The position numbers and the translations under genes are program-made. A stretch of DNA of 64,000 nt, from the NCBI GenBank assembly GCA_023267195.1, contig JAHFNT010000004.1, positions 64,603-128,602 of the forward strand. The letters run 5' to 3'. The notes under the pieces are model-generated. The model did no database searches and had not been told where the DNA came from. It saw nothing but the letters and a program-made list of their open reading frames with translations. Shown here piece by piece: positions 50,587-60,603 of the stretch. The DNA is from Candidatus Nomurabacteria bacterium. Lineage in GTDB: Bacteria; Patescibacteriota; Minisyncoccia; Phycocordibacterales; UBA9973. Every line of letters starts with the position of its first letter. The first letter of the stretch is position 1.

Positions 50587-50710
50587 AGGACTATCTCTGA
50601 TGTATTACCATAGCTTATAGCTAGGTGGGTGAGAGACGCGAGAGACCAAGGTCAAACACGATCGACTCTCCCATTAATTAGTGTTCTAGGTAATAATCGG
50701 AAATAACCCT
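50587..50710 (-). ncRNA. Candidate rod-shaped ncRNA (6S-like)
   Basis: Own promoter (TTGCGG-16-TATAGT), ~21-bp closing stem, central bubble, terminator. Confidence 0.5.
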
Positions 50711-50785
50711 ACTTAAACTATACTCCCCCCAAATTTTTCCGCAACATAGACGAATTCCCTTTTTTGTTTTGGAATTTTTTCAAAA

Positions 50786-51346
50786 CTAAATAAGCAAAGG
50801 AAGGATTTCTTCCGCAATTTCTTCGGGTGTTTTACTAGTGGTATCTATTTTTTTATAGTTTGGATAGAAAAATGGATCAGGGCTTGGAGCAAAGTTCAGA
50901 GTTTTTTCTAAAAGAATAACTTTTTCCTTATTGGGTGCGTACTTTTTTTCTAAATTGCGCGAAGGATGGCTCGCTCGCTCAGCCCTAACAGAAAGCGGAG
51001 CAATTAACTCAACAAAAATTACTTGGCCACCCCTTGATTCGTATATACTTTTATATGTATCTATATTTATTTTGCCTTTTTCTTTCGTAAAGTTCCAAAC
51101 ATAAGTAAAAATAAGATTCAACCCAGCTTCTGCGGCTTCGGTAATCACCGCTTCTCGTATAAGACGACTCAATTTGTCTTCAGCAGAAGTTCCTACTCCA
51201 AACAAATGCATGACACTATCCATAATCATGTGATTGTGGAAAAGTTTAAAATTTGACTTCGATTCTAAAATCTTGCCCACAGTCGTCTTGCCAACAGCCG
51301 AAGGTCCGAATAAGATTAAAAGTTTTTTATCTTTTGCACTTTGCAT
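50786..51346 (-). CDS. P-loop kinase (AAA_33/shikimate kinase-like)
   Basis: GPSAVGKTT, FKLFHNH, IDTTSKTPEE. Confidence 0.8.
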   Translation of the reverse strand: MQSAKDKKLLILFGPSAVGKTTVGKILESKSNFKLFHNHMIMDSVMHLFGVGTSAEDKLSRLIREAVITEAAEAGLNLIFTYVWNFTKEKGKINIDTYKSIYESRGGQVIFVELIAPLSVRAERASHPSRNLEKKYAPNKEKVILLEKTLNFAPSPDPFFYPNYKKIDTTSKTPEEIAEEILPLLI

Positions 51347-51350
51347 ATTT

Positions 51351-51908
51351 TTATTTCAAATATTTTTTCCTTTTTTCTTCTAACATAATATCGTACTTAT
51401 GGTTTACCAAAAGATCTTCTTTTTTTACACCCAAAGTTTCTAGAAAACCACATAACTCTTGTTGAATTTTTTGTCTGTCTTCGTGATTCTCGTTTGTTAC
51501 TATTTTCTCTATTTCTATAAACTCTCCTAATTCTTTTACCTCATCAAGCTCTATCACCATATCTTGGTATTTTGTTTTAATTCTCTTTTTATCAACCAAT
51601 ACTGTCTCTTGCCATTTCAAAAGTTTGAGAATTTGTATCATCATTTCACCATCTAAAATTTCTAATTCTCTTTCAAGTGAATCTTGCCGGCCAGATTGCG
51701 AAATTTTTAGAGTAAAAAGATATCTATCATTTTCTTTTCGAACTCGAAGTACCGGTGAATTCAAAGGCGGAGGAAAATTCTCCCCCTCGCGGTTAAAAAT
51801 ATGATCTACTTGATGTAATTCTTCCCCAAATCTACACCCAAAATCTTCTAGTTTTTTTATAACCTCTGTCCTGTCTCGCAGATGCGCCTTTACTTCAACT
51901 TCGTACAT
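51351..51908 (-). CDS. CYTH-domain protein (class IV adenylyl cyclase-like)
   Basis: EVEVKA, LRVRK, ELDEVKELGEFIEIE. Confidence 0.85.
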   Translation of the reverse strand: MYEVEVKAHLRDRTEVIKKLEDFGCRFGEELHQVDHIFNREGENFPPPLNSPVLRVRKENDRYLFTLKISQSGRQDSLERELEILDGEMMIQILKLLKWQETVLVDKKRIKTKYQDMVIELDEVKELGEFIEIEKIVTNENHEDRQKIQQELCGFLETLGVKKEDLLVNHKYDIMLEEKRKKYLK

Positions 51909-51911
51909 GGT

Positions 51912-52496
51912 TTACTCATCCACTCCGAAACGTTTGTAGTCGTAAGTTTTATTTTCGCCGAACCAATATTTTATTTCATGTTCTGCTTCTTCTGGAGTTT
52001 CTGAACAGTGCACGATGTTCATCACAGCACGCTTTTCCTTATTAGCTAATGCTGGACTATCAATTGAGAAATCTCCACGGATAGTGCCAACTTCCGCCAA
52101 GTATGGCATAGTCGGACCGGCAATCTTTCTAACAACATCAATAGCGTGTACTCCTTGTACCACCATTTTTACTAGGGGAGATGATTTCATGTAATCAATA
52201 AGCCACTTGCGAATTTCTGGCCCGATATTTGCAGGATCAACTGTACCAAAATCCATCATCGCATCATAGCCGTATTTCTCATAAGTTGAGAGAGTCTTTT
52301 TACCAAGTCTGGTAATCCATTCTTCGTTCTTTGGATAATGATTGTCTATCTGATCATGTGACGGCTGGAACATTTCAAGTGCCACAATCTTCAAATCTCG
52401 CTGTTCAAAACGACTAATAATCTCACCCGTGAGACCTTTCCTAACCCCATCAGGCTTGATCATTACATATGTGCGTTCTTCTTTTGGATGTTTCAT
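51912..52496 (-). CDS. ndk: Nucleoside diphosphate kinase
   Basis: ERTYVMIKPDG, GTIRGDF, NIVHCSE. Confidence 0.95.
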   Translation of the reverse strand: MKHPKEERTYVMIKPDGVRKGLTGEIISRFEQRDLKIVALEMFQPSHDQIDNHYPKNEEWITRLGKKTLSTYEKYGYDAMMDFGTVDPANIGPEIRKWLIDYMKSSPLVKMVVQGVHAIDVVRKIAGPTMPYLAEVGTIRGDFSIDSPALANKEKRAVMNIVHCSETPEEAEHEIKYWFGENKTYDYKRFGVDE

Positions 52497-52541
52497 ATGT
52501 GTCTATACTAGCAGAAAAAAATATTTTTGCAAAAGCTATTA

Positions 52542-55310
52542 TTACTCCATCGTCTTATACCTCCCCATAATTTCCGCTTCCACTTCCGCGCGATCACGGC
52601 CATATTTTACGTAAGAAAGTTCTTTCAAACTATCCACAATGTCAGGGTTTCCCTTTTCTGGAGCTAAGGTTCTAATATTAAAAGGTTTGGTTGGTTGGCC
52701 ATTCACTAGCATACTCACATAAGCATTGTAGTTATCGAGTTTGGTAATATCCTGCGCATTGAAAATTGGTTTAAATTTTGGCTCCAAAAACGTAGCATCT
52801 TCAGTGCCGACACGGAACACCGCCATCGAACCGACGTTGCCAAAGACTGCGTTTTTGATATTTTCCTCAAGCTGGGTAATGTATTGATGCGCAATGTTGA
52901 GCGAGAGTCGGTATTTGCGCGCCTCAGAGAGAATAGAAGCGATAGAATCCGTAGTGACATTCTGGAACTCGTCGATATACAGGTAGAAATCATTCATTGG
53001 CTTGCCGAACATATCCACGCGCGAGAGCGCCGCCATTTGGATCTTGCCAACCAACACCAGACCGATTAAGTTTGCATTGATGTCCCCGAGTCGGCCTTTG
53101 GAAAGATTCACCAAGAGAATTTTCTTCTCATCCATAATCTTGCGGAAATTAAAAACAGAATTCTGCTGAAGTACAACTGGGCGCATAATGTCGTTTGAAA
53201 TAAAATTATCAAATTTGGAAGAAATATACGGCACGAAGTTTGCCAGCGACTGGTCCCCCGTCGTTTGTTCGGCTGAAATCCAAAATTGTTTAATGATCGG
53301 ATTTTTGCATTTTGCCAATTTCAGATCACGGAATTCTTTATCAGCCAAAACACGAGTAATCTCGAGCAAGGTCGAACCAGATTCTGGATCTTCCATCACT
53401 AGAAACGCACTGTTTCTGAAGTATTGCTCAAACATTGCTCCGCCTCCAACCTTCATATCAAAAAGTTTATTGAAAATACCCATCAGTTCATTTACCACGA
53501 AAGTCTTCTGCTCAGGATATTTCGGATCATACTCCAGCATATTGAGCCCCATCGGCCGCGCGGTGTAGGCCGGATCAAAATAAATCACATCGTCAATGCG
53601 CTCTTTCGGAATACGCGACAAAATAGTCTGAATATCCGTACCATGCGGATCAATATAACAACAACCATCCCCGTTTTTTATATCCTGCGTGATCATATTG
53701 AGCATGATATTCGTCTTACCAGTACCCGTCTGACCGATAACGTAAAAATGACGCATGCGATCTTCCCGCGCCAAATGAACCTCTGTTTCTCTCCCCCGAT
53801 AGCTGTTCACACCAAGCAATATACCCTCCTGTCCCATTTCTATTGGAGCGGGAGCAATGCCCGCTTTGGCCTCTTTGAGCTGTGGCTGATTGCCCACTCC
53901 GACCGGGAAATGAAATACCGAGGCAAGTTCTTTTAGATTCATGGGCAATATCTTCTGATGTGAAAATGCTCGATAGGAAAAATCATGAAAGAGCTGTTTT
54001 AGGTCACTTCCTTGCGCTTCTTCAAAAACAAAAGAGTTGCTGGCCGCCTCAGCAAATTGATTGAAGCTCGACTCAATCTCTTTCAAAATCGCCTCTGCGC
54101 GCGACTTTGTTTCACTGGAGGCAATGACCCGAATGTTAGATGCCATAATTGTGCTTTTTATTTTATTCCCTATTTTCTCCACAGCATTGGTATCAACCGC
54201 TCGCCTGCCCTTCATATACTTTTCTTTTTTTTCTCCCGCTTCTTTTTCTTTCTGGCCGAAAAATAATTCTTTCCCGACTTTTACCAACTCTTCCTTGATT
54301 TTATAAAAATTGTCTGCAGCATGCTTGACTGAAATGCCGTCTTTCACATCATCCAAGATGTGATGAAATTGGTTGATAAATTTATCGCCAGCCGGCACGA
54401 TCACTAGCTGGATCGCCGCACCCTCACCGACCGTCTTCAACTTGGAAAAAACGTTCAAGATCGGATTCATTGGGTCATGCTCAATGTTGTCATAGGTCTT
54501 GATCGGCATCACTCCACGTTCGGCAAAAGAAGCGTAAGCGCCAACCGAAGCGCCATCAATGTTAAAAATATTGTAATCATCCGTCACCTCGCGAATTTTC
54601 GCATTGTGATAGAAAGCCAAGACTTGCTTTTCAAACAACGTCAGATGTTTATTTGGAATACCGGCATATACCACGACTTCATCACTCTGGTTGCCAAGCG
54701 CCACTTCCAAGGTAAAGTAATTTTCTTTTTCGTTATTGCGCCCCTCCGAAATAGAATGCATGCCAGCATAAAATTGCTCCATCGCTCCGATAAATTCTTT
54801 GAAACCCTTGGACTTGTCCGCTTCCTCTTCCGGCGGCGGCAAAGTAATTTCAAAAAGCGTCATATTAAAAGCTTTATACATCGGTGTTCCTTCTTTAAAA
54901 TCAAGTTTTACTTGCCCAGTTTTTAAATATTGAATAAGAATTCTATGAAAATCATCATCAATATGTGGGTTATTCATTGCCTCCACGACAGAAAGCGCGT
55001 TCCTGATCCCTTTAGTTATCACTATCCCTAAAAGTTCTTCCATGGTGGCATCATGGGTTTCTGGTTTGAGCGCCAGCACAATACCTTCTGTTTCTTTCTT
55101 GCTCAGCAAATTGTCTTCGTGCACCAATTTTTCTGCTGGAATATTCTTATATTCTCCCACCACCTCCCGCGCCGCCTTTTCAGTCGCATGTTCGATGTGC
55201 CCTAATTTGATAAGTTCCTCTTCTTTTTCTTTGACATGCGCGCGCAAATACTCAAGCTCCTCTTCTGGGCTTTTAAACTTCGGCATCTCTTTAAAGAATG
55301 ACGGTTCCAT
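52542..55310 (-). CDS. VirD4/TraD/HerA-like (DUF87) ATPase
   Basis: RHFYVIGQTGTGKT, IDPHG, YIDEFQN, SEARKYRL. Confidence 0.85.
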   Translation of the reverse strand: MEPSFFKEMPKFKSPEEELEYLRAHVKEKEEELIKLGHIEHATEKAAREVVGEYKNIPAEKLVHEDNLLSKKETEGIVLALKPETHDATMEELLGIVITKGIRNALSVVEAMNNPHIDDDFHRILIQYLKTGQVKLDFKEGTPMYKAFNMTLFEITLPPPEEEADKSKGFKEFIGAMEQFYAGMHSISEGRNNEKENYFTLEVALGNQSDEVVVYAGIPNKHLTLFEKQVLAFYHNAKIREVTDDYNIFNIDGASVGAYASFAERGVMPIKTYDNIEHDPMNPILNVFSKLKTVGEGAAIQLVIVPAGDKFINQFHHILDDVKDGISVKHAADNFYKIKEELVKVGKELFFGQKEKEAGEKKEKYMKGRRAVDTNAVEKIGNKIKSTIMASNIRVIASSETKSRAEAILKEIESSFNQFAEAASNSFVFEEAQGSDLKQLFHDFSYRAFSHQKILPMNLKELASVFHFPVGVGNQPQLKEAKAGIAPAPIEMGQEGILLGVNSYRGRETEVHLAREDRMRHFYVIGQTGTGKTNIMLNMITQDIKNGDGCCYIDPHGTDIQTILSRIPKERIDDVIYFDPAYTARPMGLNMLEYDPKYPEQKTFVVNELMGIFNKLFDMKVGGGAMFEQYFRNSAFLVMEDPESGSTLLEITRVLADKEFRDLKLAKCKNPIIKQFWISAEQTTGDQSLANFVPYISSKFDNFISNDIMRPVVLQQNSVFNFRKIMDEKKILLVNLSKGRLGDINANLIGLVLVGKIQMAALSRVDMFGKPMNDFYLYIDEFQNVTTDSIASILSEARKYRLSLNIAHQYITQLEENIKNAVFGNVGSMAVFRVGTEDATFLEPKFKPIFNAQDITKLDNYNAYVSMLVNGQPTKPFNIRTLAPEKGNPDIVDSLKELSYVKYGRDRAEVEAEIMGRYKTME

Positions 55311-55332
55311 CTATTTAATTATACAACAAAAA

Positions 55333-56106
55333 TTAAATTTTAGTTAAAATTTCTGGCTCGCCATCAGTAATTAAAATCGTATGTTCAAAATGCGCGCTGC
55401 GCTTCCCGTCAGCGGTGCGGATAGTGTAACCATCTTCATCTATCGTCACATGTTTAGTCCCCAGATTTATCATTGGTTCAAGCGCCACGATCATCCCCGG
55501 CACTAATTTTTCGCCTTTCCCTCTTTTGCCAAAATTTGGAATATATGGATCTTCGTGAATTTTCTTGCCCACGCCATGCCCAGAGAGAACTTCCACGATT
55601 CCATACTTACCCTGCGAACGAATATAGCTTTCTATGGCATAACCGACATCTCCTACTGTATTGCCTCCCAACGCAGCCTCAATACCGACTTGCAGAGATT
55701 CTTCTGTAACCTGCATTAGTTTCAAATCTTCTTTACTAACTTTCCCCACAGGCACCGTCATGGCCATATCTGTAAAAAGTCCTCGGTGTTTTACCCCAAG
55801 ATCAATGGAGACAATGTCTCCTGCTTTTAAGATTCTGTCTTTTTTGGGAATACCATGCACCACTTCATCATTTACCGACACACAAAGAGTGGCGGGAAAA
55901 GGTCTATCGGCTCCATCTGGGCGATATCCTAAAAATGCCGGCTCGTCCCTCATCTCGCGAATTAATTTCTCCGCATATAAATCTAAATCTTTAGTGGAAA
56001 TACCGGGCGCCACTTTTTCTTTGACTTTATAAAGTACAGTCGCCAAATGTTTGCCGCCTTCACGAATTATTTCTATCTCTTCTTTTGTCTTGATGATAAT
56101 TGACAT
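55333..56106 (-). CDS. map: Methionine aminopeptidase, type I
   Basis: SVNDEVVHGIP, GHGVG..IHEDP, SAHFEHT. Confidence 0.97.
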   Translation of the reverse strand: MSIIIKTKEEIEIIREGGKHLATVLYKVKEKVAPGISTKDLDLYAEKLIREMRDEPAFLGYRPDGADRPFPATLCVSVNDEVVHGIPKKDRILKAGDIVSIDLGVKHRGLFTDMAMTVPVGKVSKEDLKLMQVTEESLQVGIEAALGGNTVGDVGYAIESYIRSQGKYGIVEVLSGHGVGKKIHEDPYIPNFGKRGKGEKLVPGMIVALEPMINLGTKHVTIDEDGYTIRTADGKRSAHFEHTILITDGEPEILTKI

Positions 56107-56117
56107 AATTTAAAACC

Positions 56118-56798
56118 TCAGCTAATAGTTGTTCCCAAAAATTTTTCGCCGTTTAGGTAATTGGCGAGATTGGTTATCGGTTTGCCATTCATGATCGCCA
56201 CAGTAATGCCTGCTTCCTGCGCCGCCTTCGAAGCAATCGGGTCAAAGGGGGAGTTCAGTCCTGGATTCCATTCTTTTGGTATAAGAACCTGGTAATCTGC
56301 CCAAGAAATCTGCTCTATTTTTTTAGCATTAGAGTTCGTTTTTGGATCAGAATCATATACATGATCAATATTGGATAAATTAATCACTTTTTTTGCGCCA
56401 AGTTGCTTCCCCAGTATTACCGCATCATAATCCGTACTCCATCCAGGCTTCCAACCACCTCCTACAATTACAGATTTTGTTAATTTAACTGGCAAGGTTG
56501 GATCAAGAATTATTTTATCTTCCGCCAAGTCCCCAAATAAAATTTTTAGAAACTCTGCATTAAAACGAGTAGAATATATACCAAGCCAATCTAAATCTGC
56601 GCTAGAAGGATTAATGAGTTGTTTGGCTGCATCTTGATATTTTCGACAAATTTTTCCTCCACCAGCAATAATCACAAACTTTTTTCCTGTTGCAGCCTGC
56701 GCAAGAATAAGATTTCTAAAATCTTTCAAGAATTCTGTATCTATCGCTTCAGGTATGATAAGTGATCCTCCTAGTGAAATAACGATTATTTCTTCCAT
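56118..56798 (-). CDS. pyrH: UMP kinase, archaeal type
   Basis: ISLGGSLI, GGGKICR, PGWSTDYDA, PFDPIA. Confidence 0.9.
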   Translation of the reverse strand: MEEIIVISLGGSLIIPEAIDTEFLKDFRNLILAQAATGKKFVIIAGGGKICRKYQDAAKQLINPSSADLDWLGIYSTRFNAEFLKILFGDLAEDKIILDPTLPVKLTKSVIVGGGWKPGWSTDYDAVILGKQLGAKKVINLSNIDHVYDSDPKTNSNAKKIEQISWADYQVLIPKEWNPGLNSPFDPIASKAAQEAGITVAIMNGKPITNLANYLNGEKFLGTTIS

Positions 56799-56799
56799 A

Positions 56800-57387
56800 T
56801 TAGAATCCTAGAGCTTGAATAATATCTTTGTGCACGTCTTCGACACTCTGTTCTCCATTTATCGCATAAATTTCATAACCTTGTTTGCCCTTAAAATAAT
56901 CCATCGCTGGAACTACATTTTTTTCATACTCCTCAAATCTTTTTTCCAAACCCTCCTTGGTATCATCATGACGCCCGCGCAGAAGATTCCTCTTCATTGC
57001 TTCTTCTTTGCCAACTTTAATATAAATAATTTTTACCTCTTCCCGCTTAAAAAATTTCGCCATTGTTTCAAAAGTTTTTGCTTGCACAATTGTGCGAGGG
57101 TATCCGTCAGTTATCAAATGTTTTTCCGCGGTCAAGGAAGAGATCAACGCATTCGCGACCAGCGAATCAGTTAGAAAATCAGGTTGAAGATTGCCCCTGG
57201 AAACCGATTCTTTTACTAAAACCCCTGTGTAGTTGCCATGATCAATAAGTTTCCGATATTCGTTACCGGGAGATATAAAAACGCTCTCGCGCCCGTCGCG
57301 CTTCTTTAAAAAGTTGACTAAAAGATCCACTTGGGTACCCTTTCCAGAACCCACTTGCCCGAAAAATACAAAAGTCTGTGGTTGCAT
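56800..57387 (-). CDS. adk: Adenylate kinase (short, no LID)
   Basis: GQVGSGKGTQ, DGYPRT, RGRHDD. Confidence 0.88.
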   Translation of the reverse strand: MQPQTFVFFGQVGSGKGTQVDLLVNFLKKRDGRESVFISPGNEYRKLIDHGNYTGVLVKESVSRGNLQPDFLTDSLVANALISSLTAEKHLITDGYPRTIVQAKTFETMAKFFKREEVKIIYIKVGKEEAMKRNLLRGRHDDTKEGLEKRFEEYEKNVVPAMDYFKGKQGYEIYAINGEQSVEDVHKDIIQALGF

Positions 57388-57447
57388 ATATCTACACAAT
57401 ACAAAATTTAGCTTGAAAAATCAATCTAAATAACATACTATTCTGGT

Positions 57448-58020
57448 ATGGTTAAAAAAGAAATTATAACGATCACAGGCTTCCCGGGAAGTGGTAAATC
57501 AAGCACGGCAGATGGAGTGGCAAAAGCACTTGGGTTTCAGAGATTTTCTTCTGGTGACTTTATGCGCCAGATTGCTATTGACCGAAAAATTTCTCTCAAC
57601 GAACTGAGTGTACTCGCGGAAAGAGACACAACGGTAGATGAAAGTATCGACAATGCAGTGAAAAAAGCTGGTAAAATGGACAAAGTTGTTATCGACTCTC
57701 GTTTAGCATTCCACTGGATACCAAATTCTTTTAAGGTATACCTAGATCTTCCTTTAGAGATCGCCAAGGAAAGAATTTCACACAATCTAAAAACAAATAC
57801 GTTGCGGCAAGAGAGCGAGGGACAAACTGATGTTGACGAAGTGTATAAAAAAATAGTCGCACGGCTTGAATCTGAGAAAAAGAGATACAAAGAGCTCTAT
57901 AACATAGACCACACAGACAAAACTAATTTCGATTTAGTGATAGACACAAACAAAAACAACTTAGAACAAGTTGTGAATGTTATCGTTTCGGAATATAAAA
58001 AGTGGAGAGAAAAAATTTAG
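57448..58020 (+). CDS. cmk: Cytidylate kinase, archaeal type
   Basis: ITITGFPGSGKS, SSGDFMR, IDSRL, FDLVIDT. Confidence 0.88.
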   Translation: MVKKEIITITGFPGSGKSSTADGVAKALGFQRFSSGDFMRQIAIDRKISLNELSVLAERDTTVDESIDNAVKKAGKMDKVVIDSRLAFHWIPNSFKVYLDLPLEIAKERISHNLKTNTLRQESEGQTDVDEVYKKIVARLESEKKRYKELYNIDHTDKTNFDLVIDTNKNNLEQVVNVIVSEYKKWREKI

Positions 58021-59288
58021 TATTCCCTCATGGAAACCTGTGCGTCAACTTTTTTGATCAGGTCGAGCACCACAGAAACCACGATCAGCACCGAGGTGCC
58101 GCCTAGGGCAAAAGCAGTGTTGCCAGTAATGAATTGCATAATCAAAGGCAAAACGGCAATAAATCCTAGAAAAACGGCACCCACTAAGGTGATATGAGTA
58201 AGAACCTTGGAAATATATTGAGAAGTCGATAATCCAGGGCGAATACCCGGAATAAACGCCCCGTTTTTTTGTAAGTTAGTCGAAAGCGCTTCCGGATCAA
58301 AAGTTACAGCGGTATAAAAGTAGGTGAAAAGAAATACAAAAATAAAATAAAGAACAGCATACAGCACGCTGGTTTGGGTGAAGGCCACAAGCACTTTTGA
58401 AATACTTACCAAAATCTCATTGGAAAATCGAGAGAGAAAGGTCCCAATCATTTGTGGAAAAAGCAAAATAGAAAGGGCAAAGATTATCGGAATAACTCCA
58501 GCCTGATTCACACGCAGCGGAAGATAAGTGGAACCACCACCATACATTTTCATGCCCCGAACACGTTTGGCATAGGTGACTGGGATAGGACGTTCAGCTT
58601 CAGTCACCAGCACAATCCCACCCAAAATAAGGACGCCGACTACCGCAAACACTAAATACAAAGGAATCTGGGAAACATCAAAAGTAAATGCATTCTGACT
58701 AACCCACGCTGGAAGTCGGGAAACAATACCCGCGAAGATTATAAGTGAAACCCCATTACCAATACCAAACTCAGAAATAAGTTCGCCAATCCACATTATC
58801 AAAATTGAACCAGCAATAATAATAAATAAATTGGTAATGCGATCAAAGGCAGTCAAATTAAATAAAATATTTTGCTTTTCTAGAACATACAAAAGGCTGA
58901 ATCCTTGTATGGCCGCAAGTGGAACAGTAAGCACTCTCGAATACTGAGCAAACTTCTTTCTCCCTGCTTCCCCCTCTTCATGGTAAATCTTTTTTAGGGA
59001 AGGTACCATGATAGTAAGAAGTTGCATTATAATAGAGCCGGTAATGTATGGACCAACACCAAGCATAATGATAGACAAGTTGGAAAGTCCACCACCCGAA
59101 AAGATGTTCAGAATGCCGAAAAATTGATTATTGGATAAAAATCTTGAGAGCGCTACTGTATCAATACCAGGAATAGGAATAGCGGAGAGTAATCTGAATA
59201 TTATCAGAGCGGCAAATACAAACAAAACTCTTTTCCGCAAAGATGCATCCGTCCAAATTAGTTTTATTTTATTCCAAAAATTTTGCAT
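58017..59288 (-). CDS. secY: Preprotein translocase SecY
   Basis: LGVGPYIT, GIGNGVSL, AGVIPIIFA, IPGIRPG, GGTSVLI. Confidence 0.98.
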   Translation of the reverse strand: MQNFWNKIKLIWTDASLRKRVLFVFAALIIFRLLSAIPIPGIDTVALSRFLSNNQFFGILNIFSGGGLSNLSIIMLGVGPYITGSIIMQLLTIMVPSLKKIYHEEGEAGRKKFAQYSRVLTVPLAAIQGFSLLYVLEKQNILFNLTAFDRITNLFIIIAGSILIMWIGELISEFGIGNGVSLIIFAGIVSRLPAWVSQNAFTFDVSQIPLYLVFAVVGVLILGGIVLVTEAERPIPVTYAKRVRGMKMYGGGSTYLPLRVNQAGVIPIIFALSILLFPQMIGTFLSRFSNEILVSISKVLVAFTQTSVLYAVLYFIFVFLFTYFYTAVTFDPEALSTNLQKNGAFIPGIRPGLSTSQYISKVLTHITLVGAVFLGFIAVLPLIMQFITGNTAFALGGTSVLIVVSVVLDLIKKVDAQVSMREY

Positions 59289-59289
59289 A

Positions 59290-59601
59290 TTACTTTATGA
59301 CTATTTTCTTTCCTTTAACACCTAATCGTTTGCGAATCTCAGAGAACTTCTCTATTTTGCCGGCACTTGAAAGAACTTTCTCTTTGAGAACAATAAAAGG
59401 TTTGCGCACAGACTTGAACTGGTAGCCACGATTCTTCGGCAATTTTTTAATTATATCGCGAAGTTCTGGTCGGCGCTTGTTGCCAGCGCGAGCTGTCTGA
59501 CCCTTGCCTCCGCGACCAGAAGTCTTGGCGTGCTTGCCACCACGACCTACTAGCCTATCTTTTTTATTCTTATGGGTTCTTTTTAAATTATGTATTTGCA
59601 T
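59290..59601 (-). CDS. rplO: Ribosomal protein uL15 (short)
   Basis: VGRGG...KTSGRGGKGQTARAG. Confidence 0.92.
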   Translation of the reverse strand: MQIHNLKRTHKNKKDRLVGRGGKHAKTSGRGGKGQTARAGNKRRPELRDIIKKLPKNRGYQFKSVRKPFIVLKEKVLSSAGKIEKFSEIRKRLGVKGKKIVIK

Positions 59602-59628
59602 AAAATTTATAATGAGTTTACTGAATTA

Positions 59629-60201
59629 TTATTCTTCTACAACTACAGGAACTTCTTTATTGGCAACGACAATACTTTCGGGTATAGGCTTGGTATATTT
59701 TGAAGAAATTTCTGAAAGAGCAGACATCACTGCTTTGGCATTATTCAGTTTATTTTTACTGTTGGATAAAATTTTTCCAGTAATATCTTTAATTCCGGAC
59801 AGCTTTACAATATCACGAACCACCGATCCCGCCACTAGCCCGCGTCCTTTGTTGGGCAAAATCACCACATACGAACTCCTGAATTTTGCCGAAAGCTCAT
59901 GAGGGATGGACATTGTTTTAGTGAGATTAAGTTTAACCATGTTTTTCTTGGCATTTCGGAGCGCCTTGTTGATAGCGAGAGCAGTGTCTCCAGCCTTTCC
60001 CAAACCCAAACCAACCCCTCCTTTCTTATCACCCGCCACCAGCGCAACACTAAAAGAAAATCTGCGCCCTCCTGCAACAACACGAGTCACGCGTCGAATG
60101 TCTATGATCTTCTGGTCAAATTCAGGCTTCACGCGATTAAAAGAAGAACCTCGGCGGCCGCTACCTTTCTTTTCTCTTATGTTTTCTTTTGCTTTTTCCA
60201 T
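59629..60201 (-). CDS. rpsE: Ribosomal protein uS5
   Basis: RRVTRVVAGGRRFSF. Confidence 0.97.
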   Translation of the reverse strand: MEKAKENIREKKGSGRRGSSFNRVKPEFDQKIIDIRRVTRVVAGGRRFSFSVALVAGDKKGGVGLGLGKAGDTALAINKALRNAKKNMVKLNLTKTMSIPHELSAKFRSSYVVILPNKGRGLVAGSVVRDIVKLSGIKDITGKILSNSKNKLNNAKAVMSALSEISSKYTKPIPESIVVANKEVPVVVEE

Positions 60202-60231
60202 ATTACTTTATGAAGTTTATAACTTTCCGCT

Positions 60232-60573
60232 TTAAAACTCGAGCCCACCTGCGCGAGCTTCATCTGCTACTAATTTTATGCGTCCAGTATACTTAAATCC
60301 ATTGCGATCAAAAACAACTTTTGTGATTTTGGCTTTCAGACAAACCTCCGCAATCATCTTACCGACTTCTTTCGCTCTTTCTGTCTTGGTACCCTTAGTT
60401 ATCTTAACGTCACTTGCCTGTGCTATCGTCTTGCCTGTTTGATCATTGATAACTTGCGCATAAATAAATTTATTTGAACGGAAAACGGTCAGCCTAGGGC
60501 GCGTATCAGTACCTTTGATCTTTACTCGGATCTTTTTCTTTAACCTTATTCTTTTGTCAGTTTTGTTAATCAT
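60232..60573 (-). CDS. rplR: Ribosomal protein uL18
   Basis: RPRLTVFRSN, VVFDRNGFKYTGR. Confidence 0.97.
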   Translation of the reverse strand: MINKTDKRIRLKKKIRVKIKGTDTRPRLTVFRSNKFIYAQVINDQTGKTIAQASDVKITKGTKTERAKEVGKMIAEVCLKAKITKVVFDRNGFKYTGRIKLVADEARAGGLEF

Positions 60574-60577
60574 AATT

Positions 60578-60603
60578 TTATTTATAGTGAGCTTGTCGAA
60601 CTA
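60578..60603 (-). repeat. Short REP-like repeat at rplF stop, copy 1
   Basis: TAGTTCGACAAGCTCACTATAAATAA, near-identical to 61144-61170. Confidence 0.65.

Noticed and set aside
52542-55310. Conjugative element
   Set aside because: Lone ATPase among housekeeping genes, with no relaxase or other T4SS genes.
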